The notes: generated by a model from the letters alone, not told the origin. DNA of 64,000 nt from Acidobacteriota bacterium (GCA_965217775.1 CBDCJH010000002.1:4576001-4640000), one strand, 5' to 3'; shown: positions 1 to 10,332, counted from the first letter of the stretch. Numbers and translations: made by a program.

Positions 1-933
1 AGTGAAGTTCTCCAGAGTGGAGAGAGCCACATTGTGGGCGCGTCCGATGCCGGTCTCCAACATCCCTCCGCACCAGACCGGAACGCCCCGGGCCTGGCAG
101 GCGTCGTGGACCGCCTTGGCCTCGGTGTGTCCTCCCACCCGTCCCATCTTGATGTTGACGATGCGGCAGGCTCCCACGGCGATGGCATGGTCCGCGTCCC
201 GGCGGTGGCGAATCGATTCGTCCAGGCAGATGGGGGTCCGGAGCCGGGCCTGGAGCTCGACGTGCCGGAAGACGTCGTCGTACTCCAGGGGCTGCTCCAT
301 CATCAGCAGGTCGAACCGGTCCAGTTCGGCCAGGTGGTCGAAGTCGGCCAAACCGTAGGCGGAGTTGGCGTCCACCATGAGTGAGATCCGGGGAAAGCGC
401 TTGCGGACGGCGGCCACGATGTCGAGGTCCCAACCCGGCTTGATCTTGATCTTGATCCGCTGGTATCCGGCCTCCAGCTCTTCCTCGATCTTGCGCAGGA
501 GAATGTCGGGGTGATCCTGGATGCCGATGGAGACCCCGCACGGGATCCGGCGATGGCGTCCCCCCAAAAGCTCCCACAGGGGCACTCCCGCCGCCTTGGC
601 CCGGAGATCCCAGAGCGCGGCCTCCAGACCGGCCTTGGCCATGGGATGACCCCGGACCGACCTGACCCAGCCCGGAAACTCGTCCGCCCGGCTGAAACGG
701 ACACCCAGCACGCGAGGGACCAGGAACCGGCTCAGGACCGGCCAGACGGTGTCTACCGTCTCATAACTGAAACCGGGTGCATCGTCGGCGACACACTCGC
801 CCCAGCCGGAAAGCCCGTCCGCCCGGACCTCCAACAACAGGACCCGGCGGCCATGGACCCGGCCGAAGCTGGTCTCGAAGAAATGGATCAGAGGAAGGCT
901 GATTTCGCGAACGACAACCCGCTCCAGCTTCAC
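1..933 (-). CDS. menC: o-succinylbenzoate synthase / N-acylamino acid racemase (enolase superfamily), 3' end runs off the window
   Basis: Manual translation from GTG at 933: VKLERVVVREISLPLIHFFETSFG...PVWCGGMLETGIGRAHNVALSTLENFT; overlaps the upstream stop (GTGA); absent from the ORF track. Confidence 0.85.
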   Translation of the reverse strand, partial: MKLERVVVREISLPLIHFFETSFGRVHGRRVLLLEVRADGLSGWGECVADDAPGFSYETVDTVWPVLSRFLVPRVLGVRFSRADEFPGWVRSVRGHPMAKAGLEAALWDLRAKAAGVPLWELLGGRHRRIPCGVSIGIQDHPDILLRKIEEELEAGYQRIKIKIKPGWDLDIVAAVRKRFPRISLMVDANSAYGLADFDHLAELDRFDLLMMEQPLEYDDVFRHVELQARLRTPICLDESIRHRRDADHAIAVGACRIVNIKMGRVGGHTEAKAVHDACQARGVPVWCGGMLETGIGRAHNVALSTLENFT

Positions 934-2549
934 TCTTTCCTTTTTCCTTTTTCCTTTTTCCTCGTTCCCCTCTCACCCCATCCCCCTCCTCCGGGGGTCT
1001 CGATCCGGACGGCCTGCCCGGCCGTGAGCTGGAGAGACACCTTGCCGGCGAGGTTCCTGCGACGGCCCCGGTCCACCAGGTAATTCCGGCCCTTCTTCCC
1101 GGTCTCTCCTCCGTTGAGTCCGTAGGGAGGGTTGACCCGCCGCTCCGACAGGATGGTCGTGGTGCAATCGGTCAAGGCCTCCAGGGTCCGGACGATTCCA
1201 TCCCCGCCTCGATATCTGCCCTTGGCGCCAGACCCGATTCTCAATCGGTACTCCCGAACCCGAAGCGGGAAATCGTACTCCAGGGCTTCGATGGGCGTGT
1301 TCAGGGAGTTGGTCATATGCGTGTGCACGCCGCTGGTACCGGGGCCGGACGGGCTGGCCCCCATGCCACCCCCGATGGTCTCGTAGTAGGAAAAGGGCTT
1401 GCCCGTGTCGGGGTGGACCCCGCCGATGGAGATGTTGTTCATGGTGCCGCTGCTGGCGGCCGGGATCCGGTCGGGCAGGGCTTGGGCCAGGGCCCGGAGC
1501 AGAACGTCCACGATCCGCTGGGAGGTCTCCACGTTGCCGCCGGCCGTCGCCGCCGGAAACCGGGCATCCACCACGCTTCCCTGCGGCGTGGAGACGCGGA
1601 CCGAGCGCATCAGCCCGGCGCTGGCGGGAGCATAGTCGGGAGCCAGGCAGCGGAGGACGTAATAGACGGCGGACCGGGTGACGGCGCGGACGGCGTTGAG
1701 GCAACCGGGTATCTGGGGTGCCGACCCCGCAAAATCGATCTTCATGGAATTCCTGGTGACCCGGATGCTGACACGAATCGGGACCGGCTCCGATCCCTTC
1801 CCGGGGTCGGCCTCATCCAACAGGTCCTCGGCCGTGTAGCGTCCGTCCGGGATCCGGCGAATGGTCTGCCGCATGATCTTCGCCGAATAGTCCTGCAGAG
1901 CCCGGCAGTACCTTTCCATCTCGGCTCTCCCGTTCTTTGCGACCAGCGCCCGCAGCCGCTTGTCGCCGACTCTCAGCGACCCCACCTGCGCGGCCAGATC
2001 CCCTTCCCGCTCCAGGGGGGTGCGGACGTTGCTGAGGAGGAGGCGGAGCAGGTCGACGTTCAATCGGCCCCGCCGGTAGAGCTTGGACGGCGGAACCCGG
2101 ATACCCTCTTGGAAGACGTCCCGGCTCAAGGGCATGGATCCGGGGGACATTCCCCCCACGTCCGCGTGATGGGCGCGACCGGCCACATAGAAGACGGGGC
2201 GGGCGAACCTGTCCGAAGGTTCGAACACGGGCGCCACCATGGTGAGATCGGGCAGGTGCGTTCCCCCGGCGAAGGGGTCGTTGAGGATCACCACGTCGCC
2301 CGGCTGCAGGGGCTCATGGGCGAGAGCCGCCTGGACCGACATGGGCATGGAGCCCAGATGGACCGGCATGTGGTCCCCCATGGCCACGAGCTGCGCCTTC
2401 GAGTCGAAGAGCGCACAGGAATAGTCTCGACGTTCCCGGACGTTGGAAGAATAGGCCGTGCGGTGGAGCACCGTCCCCATCTCCTCGGGGACCGAGGTCA
2501 GAAGATGCCGGTAGACCTCGAGTCTAACGGGATGGATACGTTTTGCCAC
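930..2549 (-). CDS. Hydantoinase B / 5-oxoprolinase family protein
   Basis: RTAYSSNVRERRDYSCALFD, HMPVHLGSM, NDPFAGGTHLPD, TPGGGGWG motifs; the ORF-track extension to 2768 is REP sequence, so GTG 2549 chosen as start. Confidence 0.9.
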   Translation of the reverse strand: MAKRIHPVRLEVYRHLLTSVPEEMGTVLHRTAYSSNVRERRDYSCALFDSKAQLVAMGDHMPVHLGSMPMSVQAALAHEPLQPGDVVILNDPFAGGTHLPDLTMVAPVFEPSDRFARPVFYVAGRAHHADVGGMSPGSMPLSRDVFQEGIRVPPSKLYRRGRLNVDLLRLLLSNVRTPLEREGDLAAQVGSLRVGDKRLRALVAKNGRAEMERYCRALQDYSAKIMRQTIRRIPDGRYTAEDLLDEADPGKGSEPVPIRVSIRVTRNSMKIDFAGSAPQIPGCLNAVRAVTRSAVYYVLRCLAPDYAPASAGLMRSVRVSTPQGSVVDARFPAATAGGNVETSQRIVDVLLRALAQALPDRIPAASSGTMNNISIGGVHPDTGKPFSYYETIGGGMGASPSGPGTSGVHTHMTNSLNTPIEALEYDFPLRVREYRLRIGSGAKGRYRGGDGIVRTLEALTDCTTTILSERRVNPPYGLNGGETGKKGRNYLVDRGRRRNLAGKVSLQLTAGQAVRIETPGGGGWGERGTRKKEKGKRKE

Positions 2550-2571
2550 GGCAGCAAAGATAGCAGAGAAA

Positions 2572-2784
2572 GAGGAGCGGCGGTTGGAGCGGCGGTTGGA
2601 GCGGCGGTTGGAGCGGCGGTTTCCAGCCGCCGAACTCCCAAGGAAACAAGGGGGCAAGAGTGGAGCGGCGGTTTCTAGCCGCCGAACTCCCAAGGAAACA
2701 AGGGGACAAGAGTGGAGGGGTGAATGGAAGACGGGGCGACTGGAAATCGCCCCTCCTGTGGGCGACAAGGATGTCGCCCCTCCT
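2572..2784. repeat. REP-like palindrome cluster with tandem GGAGCGGCGGTT 12-mers
   Basis: GGAGCGGCGGTTTCCAGCCGCC, GGGCGACTGGAAATCGCCCCTCCT and GGGCGACAAGGATGTCGCCCCTCCT hairpins. Confidence 0.85.
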
Positions 2785-2795
2785 GGGAGACCGGC

Positions 2796-2804
2796 TGTTA
2801 TAAT
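2796..2804 (+). promoter_or_regulatory. Extended -10 promoter (TGTTATAAT) for the ubiA-pil operon
   Basis: Perfect TGnTATAAT 11 nt before the ATG at 2816. Confidence 0.55.
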
Positions 2805-2815
2805 CGCGCGCTCTC

Positions 2816-3670
2816 ATGCGACGACTCGTGCTCACGCTGCAGATGATCAAGTTCGAGCACACCGTCTTCGCCCTGCCTTTTGCTTTTCTGGGAGCCCTTC
2901 TGGCCCAGCGCGGGTTGCCCGGGGGCGAGACCTGTATCTGGATCGTGGGGGCCATGGTGGGGGCGAGAAGCGCGGCCATGGCCTTCAATCGGCTGGTGGA
3001 CCGGCGCCAGGACCGGCTCAATCCCCGAACCGCCGGGCGGGAGCTTCCAAGGGAGCTGCTGAAACCCGGTTTCGTCATCGGCTTCATTCTGGCATCCGCC
3101 GGGCTCTTCTTCTTCTCGGCCTGGAGGTTGAATCCGCTCGCCCTGCTGCTGTCGCCGCCGGCCCTGGCCATCGTCCTGCTCTACAGCTATACGAAGAGGT
3201 TCACCTCGCTGTCCCATCTGTTCCTGGGACTCTCCCTGGCCATCGCGCCGGTCGGGGGTTGGGTGGCGGTGCGGGCAGAACTGTCCCTGGACCCGTTCTA
3301 CCTGGCGGCGGCGGTTCTGCTCTGGGTGGCCGGCTTCGACATCATCTATTCCTGCCAGGACACGGAATTCGACCGCCGCATGGGCCTGTACTCGATCCCC
3401 GGCCGCTTGGGAGTGGCCGCGGCCCTGAAGATCTCGGCGCTGCTGCACGCCGGGATGGTGGCCGTCCTGGGCTACGTTTTTCTCTCCTTCGATCTGGGCC
3501 TGTTGAGTTGGACCGGCCTGGTTCTGGTGACGGCCGCCCTGATCTACGAACATCGAATCGTCAGTCCTTCCGACCTGAGCCGGATCAACGCCGCGTTTTT
3601 TGCGGTCAACGGCGTTATCAGTCTAGGGCTGCTTCTGTTCGTAGGTCTGGATCTATGGCTGTTCCGGTAG
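2816..3670 (+). CDS. ubiA: UbiA-family 4-hydroxybenzoate polyprenyltransferase (MqnP-like)
   Basis: IKFEHTVFALPFA, AMAFNRLVDR..D..NPRT, YSYTKRFT, GFDIIYSCQD motifs; multi-TM. Confidence 0.9.
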   Translation: MRRLVLTLQMIKFEHTVFALPFAFLGALLAQRGLPGGETCIWIVGAMVGARSAAMAFNRLVDRRQDRLNPRTAGRELPRELLKPGFVIGFILASAGLFFFSAWRLNPLALLLSPPALAIVLLYSYTKRFTSLSHLFLGLSLAIAPVGGWVAVRAELSLDPFYLAAAVLLWVAGFDIIYSCQDTEFDRRMGLYSIPGRLGVAAALKISALLHAGMVAVLGYVFLSFDLGLLSWTGLVLVTAALIYEHRIVSPSDLSRINAAFFAVNGVISLGLLLFVGLDLWLFR

Positions 3671-4920
3671 ACGAATCTCCGACCCTGGCATTGGACCTCT
3701 CTGCCCGGGCCCGGCCGGGAGAAACGTCTCTCTCGCCGGAAGGGCGGGAGCCGGTGGTCCGCATGGTGGACCTCATCGTCTTCGACGCCATCGGCAAGAG
3801 AGCCAGCGATATTCACCTGGAGACCTACGACGGAGAGTTCCGGATCCGCTATCGGATCGACGGGGTCCTCTATCCGGTCGCCGCGCCCCCCCTGGCCCTT
3901 CGGGATGCCCTGATCTCCCGAGTCAAGATCCTGGGCGATCTGGACATCGGCGAACGGCGGCTACCACAGGACGGCCGAATCCGGATGAAGGTGCCGCAGG
4001 CCGGAGCGGACCGGGAGATCGATCTCCGCGTCTCCTCCCTTCCCACCATATTCGGAGAAAAGCTGGTGTTGAGGATCCTGGACCGGAAGCACCTCCCGCG
4101 GAGCCTGTCCGAACTCGGGATGGAGGAGGGCTCCCTCGAGGGGATGAGGAAAGCCCTGCGGAGACCTCATGGAATCGTGCTGGCCACCGGCCCCACCGGC
4201 AGCGGGAAGACCAGCACCCTCTACACCTGCCTGTCCCGGCTCAACCACCCCGGAATGAACATCAACACCGTGGAGGACCCGGTGGAGTTCAACCTCCCGG
4301 GGATCAACCAGGTCCAGACCAAGGACCCGGTGGGTCTGGGCTTCGCCACGGCGCTCCGGGCACTGCTGCGCCAAGACCCGGACATCCTCATGGTGGGGGA
4401 GATCCGGGACCGGGAAACCGCGGAGATCGCCATTCGCGCCGCCATCACCGGACACCTGGTGTTGAGCACCCTGCATACGAACGACGCCGCGTCGACGGTG
4501 GGCCGGCTGCTGGACATGGGGATTCCTCCGTTCCTCATCGCCAATTCGGTGAACCTGGTGTGTGCCCAACGGCTGGTGAGGAGGCTGTGCGGGGAATGCA
4601 AGGAGCCGAACCGGTCCCCGATATCGATCCTGGAACCGGGCGGAACCGAGACCGGACCGGCCCTCGAGATCTCCCGCTTCGACGCCCGGGGTTGCCCCGC
4701 CTGTCACGGCACAGGCTATCGCGGGCGGATCGGACTGTTCGAGACCATGGAGGTGACCGAAACCATCCGGCAACTGATCCTCCAGGGCGCCGACGCCACC
4801 GAGATCCGGAAACAGGCGGTCAGCGAGGGGATGATCACCCTGCGGGACAGCGGACTGGCGAAGATTCGCTCCGGCGTCAGCACCGTGGAGGAGGTGCTGA
4901 AGGCGACGCACCTCGCTTGA
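3655..4920 (+). CDS. pilB: PilB/GspE-family assembly ATPase, N-terminally short
   Basis: ASDIHLE, RRLPQDGR, Walker A GPTGSGKT, LRQDPDILMVGEIRD, tetracysteine motif; start uncertain. Confidence 0.88.
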   Translation: MAVPVDESPTLALDLSARARPGETSLSPEGREPVVRMVDLIVFDAIGKRASDIHLETYDGEFRIRYRIDGVLYPVAAPPLALRDALISRVKILGDLDIGERRLPQDGRIRMKVPQAGADREIDLRVSSLPTIFGEKLVLRILDRKHLPRSLSELGMEEGSLEGMRKALRRPHGIVLATGPTGSGKTSTLYTCLSRLNHPGMNINTVEDPVEFNLPGINQVQTKDPVGLGFATALRALLRQDPDILMVGEIRDRETAEIAIRAAITGHLVLSTLHTNDAASTVGRLLDMGIPPFLIANSVNLVCAQRLVRRLCGECKEPNRSPISILEPGGTETGPALEISRFDARGCPACHGTGYRGRIGLFETMEVTETIRQLILQGADATEIRKQAVSEGMITLRDSGLAKIRSGVSTVEEVLKATHLA

Positions 4921-4931
4921 ACCGGTGAAAC

Positions 4932-6020
4932 ATGCAAGTCGATCAGACGCATCCCACGGGACAGATCCTGAACCTGTTGCGGCTGGCCCACGACTCCGGC
5001 GCCAGCGACCTGCATCTCATTCCCGATTCCGTACCCTGCATGCGCGTCCACGGCCGGCTGGTGGCCGCGAACCATCTCCGGCTGAACCTGGAAGAAGCCC
5101 GGCACCTGGCCTACGGCATCATGTCCGACCGGCAGAGGGCCCGCTTCGAGCGTCTCCGGGAGATCGACTTCAGCTTCGAGGTGGAGGGACTGTCCCGATT
5201 CCGCGCCAACGTCTTCACCCGCCGCGGGAAGCCGGCGGCCGTCGTGCGTCTGATTCCGCTTCAGGTCGAACGCCTGGAGGAGTTGAGCCTGCCGGCGGTG
5301 GTGGCGGGTCTGGCCGTCCGGCCCCATGGCCTGATCCTGGTGGCCGGCTCCTCCGGCAGCGGCAAATCGACCACGCTGGCGGCTCTCATCGACCGGATCA
5401 ATCGAACCCAGGCCAAGCACATCATCACCATCGAGGATCCCATCGAGTTCGTGCACCAAAACCACAAGAGCGTCGTCAGCCAGAGGGAGGTACCGGGGGA
5501 TTCCCCCTCCTTTGCGTCGGCGCTCCGCATGGCCCTGCGCCAGGACCCCGACGTGGTCCTGGTGGGGGAGATGAGGGATTCCGAGACCATCGAGACCACC
5601 CTCCGGCTGGCCGAAACGGGGCACCTGACCTTTTCGACCCTCCACACGCGATCGGCCCCCGACACCATCGGGAGAATACTGGACATGTTCCCGGCCGATC
5701 AGCAGGGACGGATCCAGTCCCTCCTCTCCTCGGTCCTGGAGGGAATCGTCTGTCAGGCCCTGATGCCGTGCCGGAAGGAGCCGGGACGCGCCGTGGCCGC
5801 GGAAGTCCTGATTCCCAACCCGGCCATTCGGAACCTGATCCGTGAGCACAAGCTCCACCAGATCCGCTCGGCCATGCAGACGGGCCAAGCCGGAAGCGGA
5901 ATGTGCACGCTGAATCAGAGTTTGGCCAAGCTGTTCCACGCCGGCCGGATCTCCTACGAAACCTGCCTGGAGGTCTCGCCGGACGCTGCCGATCTGCGGC
6001 GGTGCCTGGAGCGGCGGTAG
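4932..6020 (+). CDS. pilT: Type IV pilus retraction ATPase
   Basis: ASDLHL, GSSGSGKSTT, TIEDPIEF, LRQDPDVVLVGEMRD, AIRNLIRE motif. Confidence 0.93.
   Translation: MQVDQTHPTGQILNLLRLAHDSGASDLHLIPDSVPCMRVHGRLVAANHLRLNLEEARHLAYGIMSDRQRARFERLREIDFSFEVEGLSRFRANVFTRRGKPAAVVRLIPLQVERLEELSLPAVVAGLAVRPHGLILVAGSSGSGKSTTLAALIDRINRTQAKHIITIEDPIEFVHQNHKSVVSQREVPGDSPSFASALRMALRQDPDVVLVGEMRDSETIETTLRLAETGHLTFSTLHTRSAPDTIGRILDMFPADQQGRIQSLLSSVLEGIVCQALMPCRKEPGRAVAAEVLIPNPAIRNLIREHKLHQIRSAMQTGQAGSGMCTLNQSLAKLFHAGRISYETCLEVSPDAADLRRCLERR
5871..6018 (+). repeat. Direct repeat copy 1 (pilT 3' end)
   Basis: Near-identical to 10186..10332. Confidence 0.95.
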
Positions 6021-6175
6021 GAAGGTTCGGGTCGAGTCCCAACACAGGCGGTTCGATGGGCATGGATTAACGGGCGTGGATCACTACTTGTACTGCAAAA
6101 TGGCACTGAAGAGTCCGCCGGTTGCGCATTGCGGGAACGGCCTGGACCTCCAACGGTGCGATTCAACGGCAGTGG

Positions 6176-8803
6176 TCAACAAGACTTGGAAGCACTCGTT
6201 CCCATCCTCTTCCGAATACGGTCGCGGATATCCGTAGCGACCTCAAGCACTTCCACCGGCGCGCGAACCTTCTCCCCGGCATGCTGACGCAGAGCAACGA
6301 CGAGGGGCGCCATGGCATCAGATTTCGCCTTGTCGGCGGTCATTATCTCAACAAGTTCATGCGCTCGCGCGCCGGTTGCAATCAAGTTTGGCACAACGCG
6401 TAGCATGGCGTGCATTGCAACTTCGTCGCAGGGGGTGAAAGCAGCATATGCGGAGATGAAAGCGTCCATGGCAGCTCGACGTCTTTTCTGGACCATTCGC
6501 GCCATAGTCCGTACACACATTGCATGCAACTTAAACCAATTTATGCCGTCTCCCTCCAAAGTACAGAATTCTCGTTCGAGTTCTTCGCAATCCTGGAGAG
6601 CTTCTTCTGCGCGACCGGTCTCGGCCAAACGCATACCCCTGAGACTCAGTGCGATGGCGACGTGGGTCCGGATACCCGACGGGCCGTCATCGAAACGGTC
6701 GAGCACCTCGCCGTACGCGGCAATTTCTCCCCCACGCTCACCCAGTTGTCCCAGCCTAGCTCCTTTGCCGATCAAAGCAACGGCCACCGACCTCTGGAGT
6801 TCAATATCATCACAGTCGGCGAAACACTCGATGACCTCGTCATACACAGCAATCGAACCCGCCGGATTGCCGCACCGCACAAGTGCATTTCCTTTTTTTA
6901 GCGATACAGAAGCCACCGTTACTCGGACTTCAATCTCACCACTGTCGCCGAGTCGTTCGACTGCTTCGTCGTAGGCTGCGATCGCCGTCTCGAAATCGCC
7001 GAGTTTTTCCTGTGCGGATCCCTTCTCGACCAACGCCGCAACGATGGCCTCTTGAAATGGCGGCCGCTCAATGTTGCCAAAGCGCCGGATCACATCCTCA
7101 CAGGTTGCAATCGCCGCCCCATATTCGCCGATTTCGAAGCGTGCTCTTGCCCCGATGACCAATGCTTCAGCGAGTCGCGCCAAACGCGTAACGTTGCCGC
7201 TGTCGCCAAATCGGTCGACCATCTCCGTGCAAACGGCAATCACGCCACGATAATCCGCCAAGTTGTGAAGCGCGCAGGCCTTCATATGCAACAGGTAATC
7301 GATGATCCGTTCCTGAGAACGATCCGGACCCGTCTCCAGCGAGGCGGCAAACCCGTCAACGATCTCGACGACCCTCTCGAATGACTTCTCCGCGAATGCC
7401 GTATTGATCTCTTTCTCGATACACGATTCAGCCATGCTCCAATAACGCGCTGTAGCTTGGTCCGATACCATTTGGATGGCATCCCATTTCGTTCCGGAGG
7501 CACCATCCTCACCGGGAGGCCGGTCCGAGAGCGCCCGCGCGAATCCTTTGCGAAAGGCTGCAGATTCCGCCACCTCTGAAGTGAGACGAGCGGACATCTC
7601 ATGCAGTTCGCCGACCCCGTAGAACGCCACCATGAAATGGATCAGATCCCGTACGATGACAACGTCATCGCGCTCGCGCCGCAACTTGAAGTAAATGCTG
7701 TAGAGACGCTCTGCGGCGGCGTACCGGAGCTTCCTGCCGCGACCTTCCCGGGTCACCACGCCGCGATTGACCAATCGCCCGAGCAAGGCCGATACGGTAC
7801 GGATGTCCATTCGGGCCCTCGCTGCGACCTCGCCGGCGCTCGACGGTCTCCAGAGATCGAGCACAGCTAGATAGACGCGGCGTTCGGTCTTCGCCAAGGC
7901 GTTCAGATGGCCACGGAAATACTCGGTATGGTCGTCGATCAGCGTAACCATATCTTCCATGAGCTGACGGAGAGAGCGATGTCGACTGAATCCAGCTACG
8001 ATGACCAGCAGACGGGGACTACCTCCGGTCAGAATCTCAAGGGGCCTGACCTCTCGGCCGCTCACAGTGTCGCCACTGACGACCTGCCACAAGCGACGGC
8101 ATTCCTCGGTCCTCAAAGGTTCGAGATCAATGATCCTGAAAAGCTCGAAGAACGGATGGCTTGCATCGTTCAGACCTCGAAAATGACTGGTGGCGGAACC
8201 CAACAGTATGATTTGTGGTTCGGACTGCAGAACGCCTCGAAGCTTCCAGCCAAAATCACGGTCCACATCCTGTGTTAGTGACTGCAGGTTCTCGACCATG
8301 AGAACGAGCCTTCTGTCCAGGCGGTCCGCCGCCTCCAGGACCGCGGCCCGGGCAGCCTCCCCCAACGTCGCCTCACGCCAGCGGCCGGCCAGTACCGCGT
8401 GGGTTTGGCGCAGTTGCCACGCGAGTTCGGAATCACTCGAGGAGATCTCTCTCGCCAAGTGGAACAGCGTCTCCAGCCAGAAATCGGTCATATTGAAGAT
8501 TTCCTGGCTTTCTTCCATGAATCGGACCGGAAACAGCCGATTGGACAGCGCGTCATTCGTCCGCATCTCGGCGGCGGTGCGAGCCAGAAGCATGGTTTTT
8601 CCGCGACCCCGAGGTCCGACGACCAGAACGTGCTGGCAGGACGCCGATTGGATGTTTCCGCGCAAGACCTCGAGCAGGATGCCAAGTTCGGGGTCCCGGA
8701 CAACGAATTGCGCAATCAATTCCTGATCGGATTGGAACGTCCCTGGATTGAATTTTCGGATCGTCGTACCGGCTGATCGGATCATCGAGCCTACTCCGGA
8801 CAT
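6176..8803 (-). CDS. P-loop (STAND/AAA-like) ATPase + winged HTH + TPR-like repeat protein
   Basis: Walker A GPRGRGKT, atypical Walker B LVLMVEN, wHTH-like SAGEVAARARMDIRTVSALLGRLV, several helical repeats of the form A.AYDEV..RF. Confidence 0.8.
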   Translation of the reverse strand: MSGVGSMIRSAGTTIRKFNPGTFQSDQELIAQFVVRDPELGILLEVLRGNIQSASCQHVLVVGPRGRGKTMLLARTAAEMRTNDALSNRLFPVRFMEESQEIFNMTDFWLETLFHLAREISSSDSELAWQLRQTHAVLAGRWREATLGEAARAAVLEAADRLDRRLVLMVENLQSLTQDVDRDFGWKLRGVLQSEPQIILLGSATSHFRGLNDASHPFFELFRIIDLEPLRTEECRRLWQVVSGDTVSGREVRPLEILTGGSPRLLVIVAGFSRHRSLRQLMEDMVTLIDDHTEYFRGHLNALAKTERRVYLAVLDLWRPSSAGEVAARARMDIRTVSALLGRLVNRGVVTREGRGRKLRYAAAERLYSIYFKLRRERDDVVIVRDLIHFMVAFYGVGELHEMSARLTSEVAESAAFRKGFARALSDRPPGEDGASGTKWDAIQMVSDQATARYWSMAESCIEKEINTAFAEKSFERVVEIVDGFAASLETGPDRSQERIIDYLLHMKACALHNLADYRGVIAVCTEMVDRFGDSGNVTRLARLAEALVIGARARFEIGEYGAAIATCEDVIRRFGNIERPPFQEAIVAALVEKGSAQEKLGDFETAIAAYDEAVERLGDSGEIEVRVTVASVSLKKGNALVRCGNPAGSIAVYDEVIECFADCDDIELQRSVAVALIGKGARLGQLGERGGEIAAYGEVLDRFDDGPSGIRTHVAIALSLRGMRLAETGRAEEALQDCEELEREFCTLEGDGINWFKLHAMCVRTMARMVQKRRRAAMDAFISAYAAFTPCDEVAMHAMLRVVPNLIATGARAHELVEIMTADKAKSDAMAPLVVALRQHAGEKVRAPVEVLEVATDIRDRIRKRMGTSASKSC

Positions 8804-10026
8804 TCTTGATCCAACCGGCGGCCTTCAAGCGGAGTATGGTGATCGCGGAAGCGAGCCGACCACCAGTCCATCAGCAAGCGGGACGGAAAGCGAAATCCAT
8901 CGTTACCGGCTTCAAGGTAGCCATCGTGCACCAAGACTTCGAGCACGTCCGAGATTCTCCCGGATACATTGTCGACTACAGCGGAATAGATTCGTGCAAG
9001 GTGTCTCCTCGCAGACGGTGAAAACACCCGTTGGGTCGACGCCTCGGCGAGAATCTCCATGGCGATCGAGTAGCTCGGATCGTCCAATCCCTCCTTGAGG
9101 CGTGTCTCGTAATGCACAAGATCGTTCTGTCCCGTAGGGCCGAGAAGGTCGGTGCGATAGACTTCGCCGACGTCATTTTCGGTGACCTGTTCCCGTCCAT
9201 GGATTGTGGCGAAATCCCGGACGCGCGCGAAGAAGGATTGGACGTGGTGGGGAATCCCGATGCCAAGCGCCTCGTATACGGCACCTGGCACACCGTCCTC
9301 GAATCGCAATCCAGAACTTTCTGCGAGGCGCCGGAAACATGCGACACTGGTTTCACGGTCCCACGGGCCTAACCGAACGGGATCCAGATGGTTGATGCGA
9401 TCAGGGATGCCGAGCGTCGTTACGAGTGGACCGAGCCCGATGCTGCCGGACACGATGACGACCAGGGACCCGACCTCGACTCTTTGAAGCTCGCCCCGCA
9501 GCCAACTGAGGAACTCATCGACCCGTCGGGGCCCATCTTCATGCCGAAGCATGCGTTTGAGAAAGATTGGTAGTTCGTCAATCACAAGAAGCACCGGCTT
9601 GTCGTGGGAGGCGCATGCATGAAGCAACTCTCCTCCATGGCGCCGCCAACTTCCGGCATCCAGTCCGGCACGGATCTTGACGCGAAAATCCAGGGCGCCG
9701 ATTTCTTCCAGGCCTCCGGTCACCCAGCGTTTCATCGTCGTGGCGAAACGTGATGAAATCGCGCGAACCGGATGCACCGCCCGTGCAATATCGGCGATCG
9801 CGTCCTCCGGACAGGTTGCTCCCTCTACATCGGTGAAAAGGAAGATCCAACCTTCGGCTTCGAGCCGCCGACCCAGTTCTCTGGCAATGCTAGTCTTTCC
9901 CATACGCCGCTGTCCCGTCAGCAACACATGGTTACCATCGCAGACTCGGGCTTTCAGTACCCGCAACTCGGATTCTCGATCGAAGAAATCGTCCCCGCTT
10001 ACCCAGCGGCCCGTCGATAACCTCAT
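8791..10026 (-). CDS. Archaeal-ATPase-like (STAND-type) P-loop ATPase
   Basis: FFDRESEL, Walker A GQRRMGKTS, Walker B LLVIDE; stop overlaps the start of the downstream TPR-ATPase by 13 nt. Confidence 0.8.
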   Translation of the reverse strand: MRLSTGRWVSGDDFFDRESELRVLKARVCDGNHVLLTGQRRMGKTSIARELGRRLEAEGWIFLFTDVEGATCPEDAIADIARAVHPVRAISSRFATTMKRWVTGGLEEIGALDFRVKIRAGLDAGSWRRHGGELLHACASHDKPVLLVIDELPIFLKRMLRHEDGPRRVDEFLSWLRGELQRVEVGSLVVIVSGSIGLGPLVTTLGIPDRINHLDPVRLGPWDRETSVACFRRLAESSGLRFEDGVPGAVYEALGIGIPHHVQSFFARVRDFATIHGREQVTENDVGEVYRTDLLGPTGQNDLVHYETRLKEGLDDPSYSIAMEILAEASTQRVFSPSARRHLARIYSAVVDNVSGRISDVLEVLVHDGYLEAGNDGFRFPSRLLMDWWSARFRDHHTPLEGRRLDQECPE

Positions 10027-10185
10027 TCCTTCGTTCCCCTTCAGCGAACACATTAGAACATTCAACAAATCTGTCGTCAACAAATTTGTTGAATTGATTT
10101 GGGTTGCCCAAGGGTCGCATCCATGGGCTCGGGTGCTTTTGGCCTCCTCGAATTTTCCAGCTTCGCGAGCTGCCCCCTCCGTTCC

Positions 10186-10332
10186 GCCATGCAGACCGGC
10201 CAGTCCGGAAGCGGATGTGCACGCTGAATCAGAGCTTGGCCAAGCTGTTCCACGCCGGCCGGATCTCCTACGAAACCTGCCTGGAGGTCTCGCCGGACGC
10301 TGCCGATCTGCGGCGGTGCCTGGAGCGGCGGT
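10186..10332 (+). pseudogene. Duplicated pilT 3' fragment (direct repeat copy 2) running into a REP
   Basis: Matches 5871..6018 with a few substitutions and a 1-bp deletion (GCGGAATG vs GCGGATG). Confidence 0.9.

Noticed and set aside
933-975. TTTTTCC low-complexity run at the hydantoinase 3' end as a phase-variable tract
   Set aside because: Short and imperfect; it encodes a Lys/Arg/Glu tail and there is no sign of frame disruption.
2584-3654. 778-aa PilB N-terminal extension and the hydantoinase extension to 2768
   Set aside because: These read through REPs and an alternative frame of ubiA; composition is non-protein-like.
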